DNA from: an uncultured delta proteobacterium | GTDB taxonomy: Bacteria > Desulfobacterota > Binatia > Binatales > Binataceae | Direction of reading: 5' to 3' | Assembly (NCBI GenBank): GCA_963724765.1 | Contig: CAVRVY010000004.1 | Span: 32,001 to 96,000 of the forward strand | DNA: 64,000 bases | Shown here: positions 19,563 to 29,821 of the stretch, in pieces | How positions within the stretch are numbered: the stretch's first letter is position 1 | Layout: the number at the start of each line of letters is the position of its first letter | Notes under the pieces: model-generated | The model's database searches: none | Told to the model about the DNA's origin: nothing | The model's input: the letters and a program-made list of their open reading frames with translations, nothing else | Made by a program: the position numbers and the translations under genes

Positions 19563-20027
19563 TCTGCGCGGACCGGTCGGCCGCGACGGCCGGTGTAAGG
19601 ATGACAAATCCTTAGATTGTGCTGCCCGAAGTGCGGGAGCACGGCGGCCAGAGTCTGGTTTGTGCCGCCGATAGCGAATCGCCGTCCAGGTCAAAAAAAA
19701 TCGTCGTCGCCACAGACGCTCTCCACGCCCAGAACCTCGCGCCATAGGCCGCATCTCCAGATCGTCCGCAGACAAAGACTTTTGTGCAGCGGACGCCGGC
19801 GCCAGAGGCTCGGCTGCCTGGACGCTTGCTCCGAGCGCTCGATCATCTCTTTGCTGGAGCCTTTGAAGCGCATGGAAATCCACTTTGCCGGCGACCGAGC
19901 GCGGCCATTTTCGCCCGATCCGTCCCCTGTTCTGGACTGTGCGGCTTCGCGCGAGGCATCATCTTGGCCTTAGCGCGTGAAGAGCGTTCTCGCGCGCAAT
20001 CCATCGACAGCAAAACGGAGACAAGCG

Positions 20028-20426
20028 ATGACTGCGGCTCAATACAGGGAGCGGGCAATCCGGTTCCTCGAAAATTTCAACCATCCCGACCCGCGAGTGT
20101 TCGAGGATCTGATCACTGATGATTTCAGGTTCGAGATGATAACCACGATGAAGGAGTTCGCGCCGGTGCGCGGCAAGGCGGCTTTCGCGCGGGCGGAAAC
20201 CGAGCGCCTCAACGCGCTGTTTCCCGATGGGCTCAGGATGAAGCTCGGCACGATCATCTGCGAGGGCCCCCACGTCGCCGTCCAGGCCGAGTGCGACACG
20301 GTCGCGTCAAATGGACGGCGCTACGTGCAGCGCTACCATTTTTACCTGCGCTTCGAGGGTGAGCTGATCGCCGACGGGCTCGAGTACAACGACACCAACC
20401 TGGTCCGCGAAGTCTTTCTGACCTGA
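20028..20426 (+). CDS. SnoaL/NTF2-like protein
   Basis: RGK, EGPHVAV, GRRYxxxY, EYNDT motifs; GGAG RBS. Confidence 0.85.
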   Translation: MTAAQYRERAIRFLENFNHPDPRVFEDLITDDFRFEMITTMKEFAPVRGKAAFARAETERLNALFPDGLRMKLGTIICEGPHVAVQAECDTVASNGRRYVQRYHFYLRFEGELIADGLEYNDTNLVREVFLT

Positions 20427-20737
20427 TCCGCGGCTTCACGGAAACCCCGCCGCAGCAGCGGAATCGGGCACCGGCGGCCTCACGTATCGACAATCTGTGT
20501 CTCGGTCCGCTGAGACATCGTAGTGGGGCTTGACACGGTCGCATGCGAAACCCGCGCGGCTCGGCGGTCACATCGAAGCACATTTGCGACGCTCGACTGG
20601 CGTTTCTGTATCGAGGGCAGCGCGGATGGATCGAAGCGCAACCTCGTCACTTGCGCCTGACACTTCGCGATGGCTTCAGCCTTCGGAACCATCCCCGGCC
20701 CGATTGTTGCGGTAACACCCTTCAAGAGGGCTTAGCC

Positions 20738-21136
20738 GTGAACACTGAAATTGAAATCGATCTGGGGCTGGCGAGAGTCAGCGATAGCGCTCTGGCGATG
20801 CTTGAAGCGGCAAACGGGGTTGCCAGCCTGTCCCCGAGCCTGTTCAGCGGACTGTTGGACGCGCTGGCCGAGGAGCATCTGCGCCGATTTGGTGCTCAGG
20901 GAGGTGCGGCGGCCATGCTGAAAATGCCGACGAGGACGCTTGACGCCGACGAGCTATGGCATTCGCTGCGAATGCTGGGGAACTGGCTTGGCCATAGCGA
21001 GGAGGCGTCTCGTGGCGATCCTGACTTGGAAGCCGTAAGCGAGGTTATTGCACGCATGTGGCTGGGGATGCGCGGAGCGCTCAACCTGGTCACCGAAGGT
21101 TCGACCGACGGGACGTCTGGCGAGACTATCAACTAG
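20738..21136 (+). CDS. Hypothetical protein
   Basis: Helical ORF followed by the palindrome GCGCAGGAGTATACTCCTGCGC. Confidence 0.55.
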   Translation: MNTEIEIDLGLARVSDSALAMLEAANGVASLSPSLFSGLLDALAEEHLRRFGAQGGAAAMLKMPTRTLDADELWHSLRMLGNWLGHSEEASRGDPDLEAVSEVIARMWLGMRGALNLVTEGSTDGTSGETIN

Positions 21137-21238
21137 GACCCGCAGGAGGGTTTGAGGAGCGCAGGAGTATACTCCTGCGCGTCGTACCCGCGTCCGAGCG
21201 CAAGCGCGAACTTCACCCGGCGATTTTTTGCGCGAAGA

Positions 21239-21430
21239 CTATGCGTTGGTCAGCACGGAGTCGGCTCCGCTTGCCAACGATGACACACTATTGCCTAGGG
21301 CGAGATAGGTGCCATAAACGACTATCGCGATAGCTGAAACTATCATGATGTATTCAGTCATCGTTTGTGCGTTCTGATTTCTGACCAGAACCTCGCGCAC
21401 GCGAACGAAAAGCTTCTGAGCAAATTCCAT
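21239..21430 (-). CDS. flp: Flp family type IVb pilin
   Basis: AQTMTEY followed by a hydrophobic helix, 63 aa. Confidence 0.88.
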   Translation of the reverse strand: MEFAQKLFVRVREVLVRNQNAQTMTEYIMIVSAIAIVVYGTYLALGNSVSSLASGADSVLTNA

Positions 21431-21547
21431 CGGTCCCCCCTCTGTACGTTCCAATAGATTTGCGTGAAAGGATGTTAGATGAATGTACGATACGATCCAA
21501 GACTCCTTGGTTTCGAGTAGAGAGCGGTCTGGCACACCTGTTGTCAG

Positions 21548-21710
21548 GATAGGGCTCGATACGCTGTTGCGCAGGCGCCTAGCCAGGGTCAGTCCGTGTT
21601 TATCGCCTCGGGGCGACTGGGGCGCGACCGGCCAGCAGTACGACGCAACCAGCAACTCGTGCGTGACCGGCACGACGCAGAACGCCGGCGAGATGACGGG
21701 GAGCCCTCAC
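21548..21710 (+). ncRNA. Candidate structured ncRNA (alternatively 77-aa ORF 21483..21716)
   Basis: Nested helices (AGGGCTC/GAGCCCT, GCTGTTGCG/CGCAACCAGC, two hairpins) followed by an intrinsic terminator. Confidence 0.45.
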
Positions 21711-21722
21711 GTATGATCGCGC

Positions 21723-21760
21723 AAGGCCGGGCCGCTCCACGAGCGGTCCGGCCTTTTTTT
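21723..21760 (+). terminator. Intrinsic terminator
   Basis: GGCCGGGCCGCTC-CAC-GAGCGGTCCGGCC followed by T7. Confidence 0.85.
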
Positions 21761-21816
21761 GCGCGAATCGAAGAATTCCCCCGAGGGGGGCGGCCTTCCG
21801 CTCCCCCCGGTTCGAT

Positions 21817-22245
21817 CTAGTTGGGTTGGATACAGGTGGCGTAGGTCGTCACGGATGCGGCCTGCGCTGCGTGATTAATGACCGTAACCGACCAGCCGCG
21901 TGGACTGCTGTTCTCGGCAGTGCCCGAAAAGACCGGACCGTCATTCAACACCTTGGCCGCCACGACGTAGCCGACCTGCGCATTCTTCGGCATCACCGTG
22001 TAGCCGCCGCCCACTGCGTAGGTTTCGTCACCGTCGCAGTCAGCCTGCACGGTTACAACGTGATTAATCTGAACGAGTTCGGTCGCAGTCTCAGTGACGA
22101 TCGAGAAAGTAGGGTTGGTATCCGTCTGCCAACAATAATGTGGATTGCCTCTTTCGTCTGTACACGAATGTCCGTTCGCGCTGGCGACACCGACGGTTCC
22201 AATCAGCGCAACCGCCGCCATCAGCAATATTATCTTTGCGTTCAT
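21817..22245 (-). CDS. Secreted Cys-containing protein with C..GGG..W..YAxC domain
   Basis: Signal peptide (ASA site), four Cys, AGGAG upstream, downstream hairpin. Confidence 0.7.
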   Translation of the reverse strand: MNAKIILLMAAVALIGTVGVASANGHSCTDERGNPHYCWQTDTNPTFSIVTETATELVQINHVVTVQADCDGDETYAVGGGYTVMPKNAQVGYVVAAKVLNDGPVFSGTAENSSPRGWSVTVINHAAQAASVTTYATCIQPN

Positions 22246-22706
22246 AATTCTTTACCTATCTCCTTGCGCCGTTACTCCTGGCTTCTCGTCCATCTCAAGC
22301 CAGCCAGTGGATTTTTGAAGAGACGCTGGACCGAGAAAAACGTGACTAAAATTGTATTAAGGAATAACTGGCACTGTTTAGGCTATAGATACTATCTAAA
22401 CATGTCTAGAGTTAGATATGACATAATTTGAATATCAAGGCATTGTGTCGCAATTTGAAGCACGAGCGGATTCTTCCTGATGGAAATGTCCAGGCAGACG
22501 TCATGTGCTCGCGCTTGCGTCGGATTCCCCTGGCGACGTTCTCTTACGCGATAGGGGTCATGGTGAATGTGATTCAAAATGGCACGCGGCCGAAAGCTCT
22601 TAGCCGAATCGAAAGTTGAATTCGGGTTAGCGAAGGGTCTGGGTAGACCAGGATTCGGACTTGATCCGACCGACATCCGCTAAAACATCCAAGCTGGCTC
22701 TCTTTT

Positions 22707-23174
22707 TTGATCGACGTTGCGCATTCCGGCGTCCCGGCGGTGCTGGATCGGAACGCGATGGTGCGGCAAACCGGCTCCAACACTTTGTCAATCAGCGGAC
22801 GAGATCGCTTGGGCGCGCCGGTCGGAGAGATGGCGCGCAGCGTGTTGTCACAGGATTTGGCGCAGCGCATGCCGAAGGGGACTGTCATTTTGCCGAACGC
22901 GCCCTCGTCACCATCGACGGCGCATCTGGTAGTCAATATTGCGAGATTCACAGAAGAGGAACAGGGGCGTGTGCAGCTCGCGGCAAGTTGGACGCTGATG
23001 CGAGGCCAGCCCGCACAGCCTGTTCTGAATCGTGACGTGAATCTGCAATGCAGTGCCGGTGGCAACGGGGCGCAAGCGCAAGCGGCTGCCATGAGTGAGC
23101 TGCTCTCGCAACTCGCCGGTCACATAGCCACCGACGTGACGGCGAACTCGACAGGTATCAGAAATCTCGATTAG
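22707..23174 (+). pseudogene. PqiC-like ABC auxiliary lipoprotein, N-terminally truncated
   Basis: PAVLDRNAMV, VQLAASWTL, AAAMSELL motifs; no lipobox; no pqiAB nearby. Confidence 0.6.
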
Positions 23175-23209
23175 GTATAAACGTCTGTCATTCTCTTCGA
23201 CGAAGCGCC

Positions 23210-23320
23210 ATCGAAGACAAGGCGAGCGTGCGCAGCGCGCTCGGGCGCTCACCTGACATCGCAGAAGCGCTCATGCTGGCGCTCGGCGGGCCTGAATGGG
23301 CCCTAGGCGCTGTAACCTAG
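23210..23320 (+). pseudogene. Relic of phage terminase large subunit C-terminus
   Basis: Translates IEDKASVRSALGRSPDIAEALMLA, matching the IExK...RxGRSPDxADAL tail of TerL. Confidence 0.6.
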
Positions 23321-23443
23321 ATCGTGGAGGTGGGTCAACGGCCTCCAGTTAAAGGCACTGCTGGATGGAAACCCGCCGACGCGCCCGGCGTACTTTGGAT
23401 ACGTCCATGCCCGAGTTTCAAGGAAGCAGCGATGAGTGCTGAC

Positions 23444-23662
23444 ATGAGTCCCCGGCCCGCCGCGCTCGCCCTGGTCGTCTGGTATCTGATGCGGCCGCCG
23501 CTGCCGCACCTCAACGCTCATGCCATCCATACGGAGGCCGCCGCACCCCTATCGCGATGGATAGTAGTCAGAACCTTCCCTACGCAGAAGAAATGCGAGA
23601 CCCACCGAGCCAACCCGTGGGACCGGTGCATCGCGACCGACGACCCGCGCCTCAAAAAATAA
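23444..23662 (+). CDS. Small secreted two-Cys protein, GWYL...CIATDDPRLK family (copy 2)
   Basis: AALALVVWYLMRPP...APLSRW...CIATDDPRLKK. Confidence 0.75.
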   Translation: MSPRPAALALVVWYLMRPPLPHLNAHAIHTEAAAPLSRWIVVRTFPTQKKCETHRANPWDRCIATDDPRLKK

Positions 23663-23870
23663 GGCGAACAGCTTCCCTGATTCGCCGCGCTGCCGGTTAC
23701 GGTTGAGTCGGTTTTAGGCAGAAGAACTAAATACCAGCCGAGCAGGGTGAGGACGGTGACGCGAGGGAGTTTCAATCCCAGGGCTTATGGACTGCGCGAA
23801 TCTCGCGCTCTTTCAAAATCCCGTTGGCGCGTTCCAAGTCTTCATTTTTGACCCCTGAAATTCGCTCGAT

Positions 23871-23934
23871 GGGGGTATAAAGCGGGGGTAAACCGCGGAG
23901 CGAAGAATCATAGAAAGCCGCTAAGTACCTGATT
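23871..23934. promoter_or_regulatory. Putative integrase arm-type repeats and IHF site beside the att core
   Basis: GGGGGTA x2 (23871, 23884); AATCAGGTACTTA on the minus strand (23922-23934) fits the IHF consensus. Confidence 0.5.
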
Positions 23935-23939
23935 TTATA

Positions 23940-23988
23940 TGGTGGGCAGGGAGTGAATCGAACACTCGACACGAAGATTTCAGTCTTC
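23940..23988 (-). repeat. att core: duplicated 3' part of tRNA-Phe
   Basis: Identical to 38579-38628 except for one missing T in the anticodon loop. Confidence 0.95.
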
Positions 23989-24052
23989 AAAATACCTAAT
24001 CACGCCAGTATCTCTAGGCGCGAAGCTGAAACGCTGCGAAACCCCTAAGCCC

Positions 24053-25124
24053 TACCGCCATCAGGGCCGGCAGCGGCGATATGCGATCGGCACCTATCCG
24101 CCGCTCAGCTTGGCCGATGCCCGCGAGGAAGCGCGCAACGCGCTGGCGCGGGTCCAGACCGGCACCGACGTGGCCGAGGTCAAGCAGACCAGCCGGCAGG
24201 GTGACACGTTTGGCGAGCTGGTCGAGCGCTACGGCCGAGCACGCCACGGTCAAGAACAAACCGGGGACGCTGCGCGAGAAACGGAAGCTGGCGAAGGCAC
24301 TCGCACAGTGGGAGCACCGCAAGGCGTGCGACATCACACGCCGCGAAGTAATCGCCCTGGTCGATGGGATTGCGGCACGCGCAGCGCGCATCCGGGCTAA
24401 CCGCATGGTCGCATTCCTAAGCTCGGTGTTCTCGTTCGCGGTCGCCAAGGAGATCGTGCCCGCCAATCCCGCATTCCGCATTCCAAAACCCGGACTTGAG
24501 AATCAGCGCGAGCGCGTGCTGACCGACGCCGAAATCAAGGCCGTGTGGGCGGCGCTAGACAACGAGCCGGCGAGCACCGCGGCGATCTTCAAACTGGCGC
24601 TGTTGACCGGCCAGCGGCGCGGCGAAGTTTGCGGGATGCAATGGGCCGAATTGGACTTTGATTCGGGCTGGTGGAGCATCCCAGCCGAGCGGACCAAGAA
24701 TCGCCTGGCGCATCGCGTGCCGCTCGGCCCACAGGCTCATGCGATCCTGGCCACGCTGAAAGCCGAGGCGCAGAAGGCTTCGCGTCCTTCCGTGTTCGTC
24801 TTCCAGAGTGCGCGACACCTCGGGCAACCGCCGCTCAACATCCACAAGCCCCTAGCCCGACTGATGGCGAGCACGGGCGCCAGTTTCCGAGTCCACGATC
24901 TGAGGCGTACAGCCGCGACGGGCATGGCGCAGATTGGAATCCCGCGCATGGTCATCTCGCAGATCCTCAACCATCGCGAGGGTGGCGTGACGCAAATTTA
25001 TGACCGCTACTCCTACGACCGCGAGAAGCGGATGGCGCTTGCCAAGTGGGATGAGCGCCTGCGTCAGATCGTAACCGGCGAAGCCTCAACCAAGGTAGTC
25101 GAGCTTGACCAGTACCGCGCTTGA
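24053..25124 (+). pseudogene. P4-like tyrosine integrase, N-truncated and frameshifted near 24230
   Basis: Arm-domain tail IGTYPPLSLADAREEA lies in a different frame from the core domain (GQRRGE, TKN, HDLRR, LNH, IYDRY). Confidence 0.88.
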
Positions 25125-26285
25125 TCGAGGCCGTGATAGAAGACCGACCGCTTGAAAATTACGGCAACCCACGACTATCAGGCGCAAAATCCGGTACTGG
25201 CCTACTTTCGCGTCGAGCGGCCTAATTTGAAAGGCGAAGTGGCTAGTTTCGGAAGGGAAGGAAACGGCGAATCGTTGGGCCAGTTGGGTGGGGCCAGTCT
25301 CTCGAATTGCCGCGAGCCTCGAGCCGAGGGGGGGTCAACGCGAAGCCTGACTGCAACCTCTCAGAAAACACTACTTCCTGTCAAAACGGAATTGTCTCGC
25401 AGAGAACCAATGCGAACGAAGCGGCGTGGCGGAGCTTCACGAATCTTTGATTTTGTAGACCCTATCCAAAGCTTTCAAAAACAGGCGCGCCCAGAAGTCT
25501 CGCTCCTCGCGTGTCCGTGTGTGCGCTGTGAATAGGGTTTTAGGGGACGGGGCAGTGGCCTAATCTGCCGGGTCGGGTCGCCCAATTCAGCCATTACCCA
25601 AAATCCTACAATTAGTTTAGTAGCGCGATGCGTCAAGCTATGAACGACAAGGCGGCGATAACTCCATCGCAGGCCACGCCGGGACGGCCGGTGTGGGTGC
25701 CGTTGCCGAGTACTGGGGCGTGGGTCCGGGGATTGATCGACGGCCTGAAATGGGACGAGGGCACGTCTGGCTACGTTGCCTGTGTGCGCATTGCGGCTCT
25801 AGGCATTGGACGTTTGTATTTCAGTAAACGGGTGACCAACCGCCCCCCCAGACTGCCAAGCTGGCTCGAAAGCGCGACGGATGGGTAGCCGGTAACCGGG
25901 CGCCGTCGGAAACCCTTGTGGCACAAGGCTTTCCGCAGACAAAATATCTTTTCCTAATTCTATGGGATTTCTGTTCTTCCGGCCGCTTGTCCCGTTGAAA
26001 GTCCGAATTCATCCAAGCTGTTGCGTGAGAGGTTTCAAAGAGCGGATAGTGAGAGCTGTCACACGTTCCCGGCTCGTACGGCGAGCACAACGGCTCCGCC
26101 TTTCCAACGTGCGCGCCTTCACCGGGGCCCCACAGGCCCCCAAACACAAATGGCTCCCCAGGCGCGGCGTCAGGTCGAGGAGATGGCCCCGTCCTTCTGC
26201 TGGAATCCTTTCGGACGGCAAGCACAACACGACATCAAACTAAAATGACGTTTAGTCTCTGAATCGTGAACGGAGTACGTAACGT

Positions 26286-26612
26286 ATGGCTGATTATTTA
26301 CTCATCGAGTCGCGTGATCCTTTCGAAAGCAACGACACGGCCTACTTTTATGATCTCGCCGAGAGCCTCGTCCGGGAAGGCAACCGCGTTTCGCTGTTCC
26401 TGATTCAGAATGGCGTCCTGCCGACCCGCCGCAGCGAGCGCTCGGCGGCGCTGTCTCGCATAGCGAAGGCCGGCGTCGAATTGCTGGCTGATGATTTTTC
26501 CCTGCGTGAGCGTGGGATCCGCAACGAAAAACTGATAGCCGATGTGCGACCCGCGTCGCTGGATTTTGTGATCGATTGTATGGCCGCAGGCCGCAAAACT
26601 CTCTGGCACTGA
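26286..26612 (+). CDS. DsrH/TusB-like protein (DsrE superfamily)
   Basis: LFLIQNGV, DDFSLRERG, C-terminal W. Confidence 0.75.
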   Translation: MADYLLIESRDPFESNDTAYFYDLAESLVREGNRVSLFLIQNGVLPTRRSERSAALSRIAKAGVELLADDFSLRERGIRNEKLIADVRPASLDFVIDCMAAGRKTLWH

Positions 26613-26628
26613 ACATCGAGGTTCCGCT

Positions 26629-27042
26629 ATGGCTGCGTCGAAAACTCTAACTTTCGCACTGATGGATCCACCTTACGAGAACGCACGCTCGACCACCGCG
26701 TTGCGCCTGATAGATTGCGCGCTCCGGCGCGGGCACAACGTCAACGTCTTCGCTTACGAAGGCGGGGTCGGCCTCGCGTTCGCGAAACAAGCCCCTCATC
26801 CAAACGCAATGCACGGGAGGGACGTTGCCCAGGAGGACCATCCAAATCCGAAAGATTGGATCACTGCGCTACTCAAAGAGGCGGAGCAGCGTGGGACGAA
26901 ACTCGACTGGGTGCAATGCGGCATGTGCGTTGACGAGCGCGGCGCGGGCGAAGCGGTCGCTGGGTTGCGCCGCGGAAGTCCGGCGGATCTTTGGAAGTTC
27001 GCGCAGGCCTCCGACAACACGCTTATCATTCCGAGCAAATAG
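26629..27042 (+). CDS. DsrE/TusD-like sulfur-transfer protein
   Basis: PPY motif, VFAYEGGV, CGMCVDERG at the active-Cys position. Confidence 0.8.
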   Translation: MAASKTLTFALMDPPYENARSTTALRLIDCALRRGHNVNVFAYEGGVGLAFAKQAPHPNAMHGRDVAQEDHPNPKDWITALLKEAEQRGTKLDWVQCGMCVDERGAGEAVAGLRRGSPADLWKFAQASDNTLIIPSK

Positions 27043-27051
27043 GAGCCTTCT

Positions 27052-27438
27052 ATGCCCCGCCGCGTGCTGAACATTATCGAGAGCGCTTATCGGGCCACGA
27101 TCGAGGAGCAGGATGACACGATCGTTTGGCTAAGCTACATGCTGCGAGACGCGGGTGCGGAGCTCAGCGTTCTGCTCCGAGGCAACGCCGTCAACTACGC
27201 TGTCAGCGGACAGGACTGTTCCGGGCTTTCATTTGGGGAGCGACGACAAACGCAGCCGCCGCGCCTCGATCCGGATCTCGTAAAGCTGATGGAAAAGGGC
27301 GTACCAGTCCTCGCGGTCGCAGAAGATCTGACGGAGCGCGGCATCGACTCGCAGGATCTCGTGGGCGGAATCAAGACCATAGCCCGATCCGGTGTGGCTA
27401 AGTTATTCGATTCCTACGACCTGGTCTGGCACTGGTAA
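27052..27438 (+). CDS. DsrF/TusC-like protein
   Basis: LLRGNAVNYAV, EDLTERGI, YDLVWHW. Confidence 0.75.
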   Translation: MPRRVLNIIESAYRATIEEQDDTIVWLSYMLRDAGAELSVLLRGNAVNYAVSGQDCSGLSFGERRQTQPPRLDPDLVKLMEKGVPVLAVAEDLTERGIDSQDLVGGIKTIARSGVAKLFDSYDLVWHW

Positions 27439-27523
27439 ATCACCGCGCCCAACTGCGGCGTGCCGCCGATGCCCGCTGGCGGGCGCGGCTGACGCCGAAC
27501 GTTAAACAAATCGCATAAAACGT

Positions 27524-29067
27524 TCAGGCGGCAGCCTTGGCTGCTACGTCCTTCCGCAGGCGCGTCCATTCGCGCGGCGTCAGCTCCAAGACCAGCCGCG
27601 CCGGATGCGTCGATACCCGCTCGATGACATCGCGCAGATACACGAACGGATTGATCTGTAGGTGCTTGCAGGTCTGCACCAGCGAACACAGGATGGCGGT
27701 GCGATGCGCCGCGGCTTCGCTGCCCGCAAACAGCCAGTTCTTGCGGCCCAACACGATCGGTCGTAGCGCCTGCTCCGCCCCGTTGTTGTCGATCTTGAGC
27801 CGTCCGTCTTCGGCGTAGCGCGTCAGGGCGACCCAGTTGCGCAGCGCGTAGCCGATGGCTGCACCGAGCGGGCTCTTCGGCAACGCCGCCGCCCGCTGCT
27901 CCTGTAGATACGCATGAAGTTTCTCCAGGATCGGCCGCGCCTGCTCCTGCCGCAACTGCTGTCGTGCGGGCGCATCGAGATGCCTGTCGCTGGCCGCCCG
28001 CTCGATCCGGTAGAGCTGCCCGATGATCGCCAACGCCTGCGCGCACGGCACCGCCGCCGTCGGCAGCGCCTCCTTGAAGTACCGGCGGGCGTGCGCCAGC
28101 ATCCGACTTCGATGATCCCGGGATATTGCGCAAACACGTCGTCATAGGCGGGCGCCGCATCCACCTGGAGATACCCACGGTAACCGGCCAGCATCTTCAG
28201 CGGCCCGTCTCGATTACGTGACCAGGTGAAGTCGTAAACCACCTCGCCCAACTCACCCCGATACACCCACAGATGGCCGGTCCGAATCTCTGGCGCTCGA
28301 CTCGGGTCCTGCACATCCAGGGTCGTGTCGTCGCATTGAATCCACGGTGACTGGCATACCTGCTCCCGGTGCATGGCGCGCACGATCGGTTCCAGTAAGT
28401 CTGCCACTGCCCCGTTCCACTCCGAGAGCGTGCGCCGGGTGATCTGCACTCCGTGGCGCTCGAAGATCTGCTCCAGCCGATACAACGGCAAATGGTCCGC
28501 GTACTTGGAGCTGACCACGTGCGCCAATAACCCCGGCCCCGGTCGTCCCTTCTCGATGGGACGCGCCGGCAGGGCGGCTTGCACCACGCCTTGTTGGCAG
28601 CGCCCGCAGGCGTATTTCGGTCGCACATACTCCCGGATTACAAACGAGGCCGGCACGTAGTCCAGCTCCTCGGTGATGTCGGCACCGATGCGCACCTTCG
28701 CGGTATCGCAGTTCGTGCAGTGCCGCGCACTGGCCGGGGGCACTACCTCAATGCGTTCGCGTGGCAGATCGGCTGGCAATCGACGCCGGCCGGGGTGGCG
28801 CCGACGGAGTGATGCAGGTTCGGCGGTCTCGTCCTGTCGTGACTCGTCCGTGGTTTCGGCTTGTACTGGCCCCGCTGCTGCGGGCTCCAAGGGCAGCACC
28901 CCTTGCTCGATTACCGGCACGCCCTTCTCGCTGCGCCGCCCGAACAGCCGATGTGTCAGCAACTGCACCCGCTGGCGCAGCGCCGCGTTCTCTTTGTTGA
29001 GCCGATCGATCTCGTTGCTGAGTTCATCGAGGACTGCCTGGGTCTCTGCGCCGCTTGCCGTCGCCAC
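27524..29067 (-). pseudogene. tnpC: IS66 transposase TnpC, frameshifted near 28100
   Basis: LFGRRSEK, KYADHLPLYR, DDT, GC(W)AHARR split across two frames, IDNNGAE, GRKNWLF. Confidence 0.93.
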
Positions 29068-29134
29068 GTTCCACCACCACCCGAAGATGCTATTACCACA
29101 GTGTATGTGGAATAGCTATTCGCACTGAGTATCG

Positions 29135-29473
29135 TTACCCACCGATGGCTAAGCGAGTATAGCGTCGACGCTCGCGCACGACCTCGATCCCTTCCAGCAA
29201 CAGGTACAGCTCCCGGGCGTTAATCTCATCGCGCTCCAGCGCCGCGAAGGTCCCAGCCTCGAGGCGCTTGTACAGCAGCCAGAACCCGTCCCGCTCCCAC
29301 ACCAGCATCTTCACCCGATTGCGTTGGCGGTTGAAGAATACAAACACGTGGCCTGACAACGGGTCCTGGCGCAGAACCTCCTGCACCTGTGCGCTCAGCC
29401 GATCGAACGACCGGCGTAGGTCGGTAGCGCCGCGGGCGACGAAGACCCGCACCGACGCTGGTAGCGTCAGCAT
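29135..29473 (-). CDS. tnpB: IS66 accessory protein TnpB
   Basis: TDLRRSFD, FVFFNR, KRLEAG motifs (IS66 TnpB, not the RNA-guided TnpB). Confidence 0.92.
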   Translation of the reverse strand: MLTLPASVRVFVARGATDLRRSFDRLSAQVQEVLRQDPLSGHVFVFFNRQRNRVKMLVWERDGFWLLYKRLEAGTFAALERDEINARELYLLLEGIEVVRERRRYTRLAIGG

Positions 29474-29821
29474 GCCGTCTGCAGGGCCTGGAGCACCCGC
29501 TGCAGCGTGTCGGTATCGGCTCCCGCCGGCACCCGCACAACATGCCCGCTGTGCAGGACGATCTCCAAAACCGCTGGTGTCCTTCGGAACGCTCGCCGGT
29601 GGTGGCACTTCGGTGAACACTACCGCGTTCTCCACCGCTGCGCCGTTCCCATCCTCATCGCCGGCATACCGGAAGACCCGCCGCCACCAGCTCAGAGTGC
29701 TCAGTGGGATTCCGCGTTTCTCCCCAAACTCGCGCAGCGTCAACCCGCTACGCTGCCAGCCCGCCAACACCCGGCGCATCTGCCGTGCCCGCACTGATGT
29801 CGTCGACCCCAGGCTCCCCAT
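29467..29821 (-). pseudogene. tnpA: IS66 accessory protein TnpA, frameshifted near 29580
   Basis: WQRSGLT...WWRR HTH; natural tail LEIVLHSGHVVRVP...AC* is in another frame. Confidence 0.8.

Noticed and set aside
27435-27460. GTAA at the dsrF-like stop as the IS66 left end
   Set aside because: Poor match to the right TIR and no TSD; 25824 has both
29135-29821. Novel TnpA-TnpB fusion or RNA-guided TnpB
   Set aside because: The fusion results from a frameshift in tnpA; this is the IS66 accessory TnpB with no RuvC motifs
3530-29821. Frameshifts as general sequencing error
   Set aside because: Indels are confined to mobile DNA while the long core genes are intact; real decay is more likely, though not proven without reads
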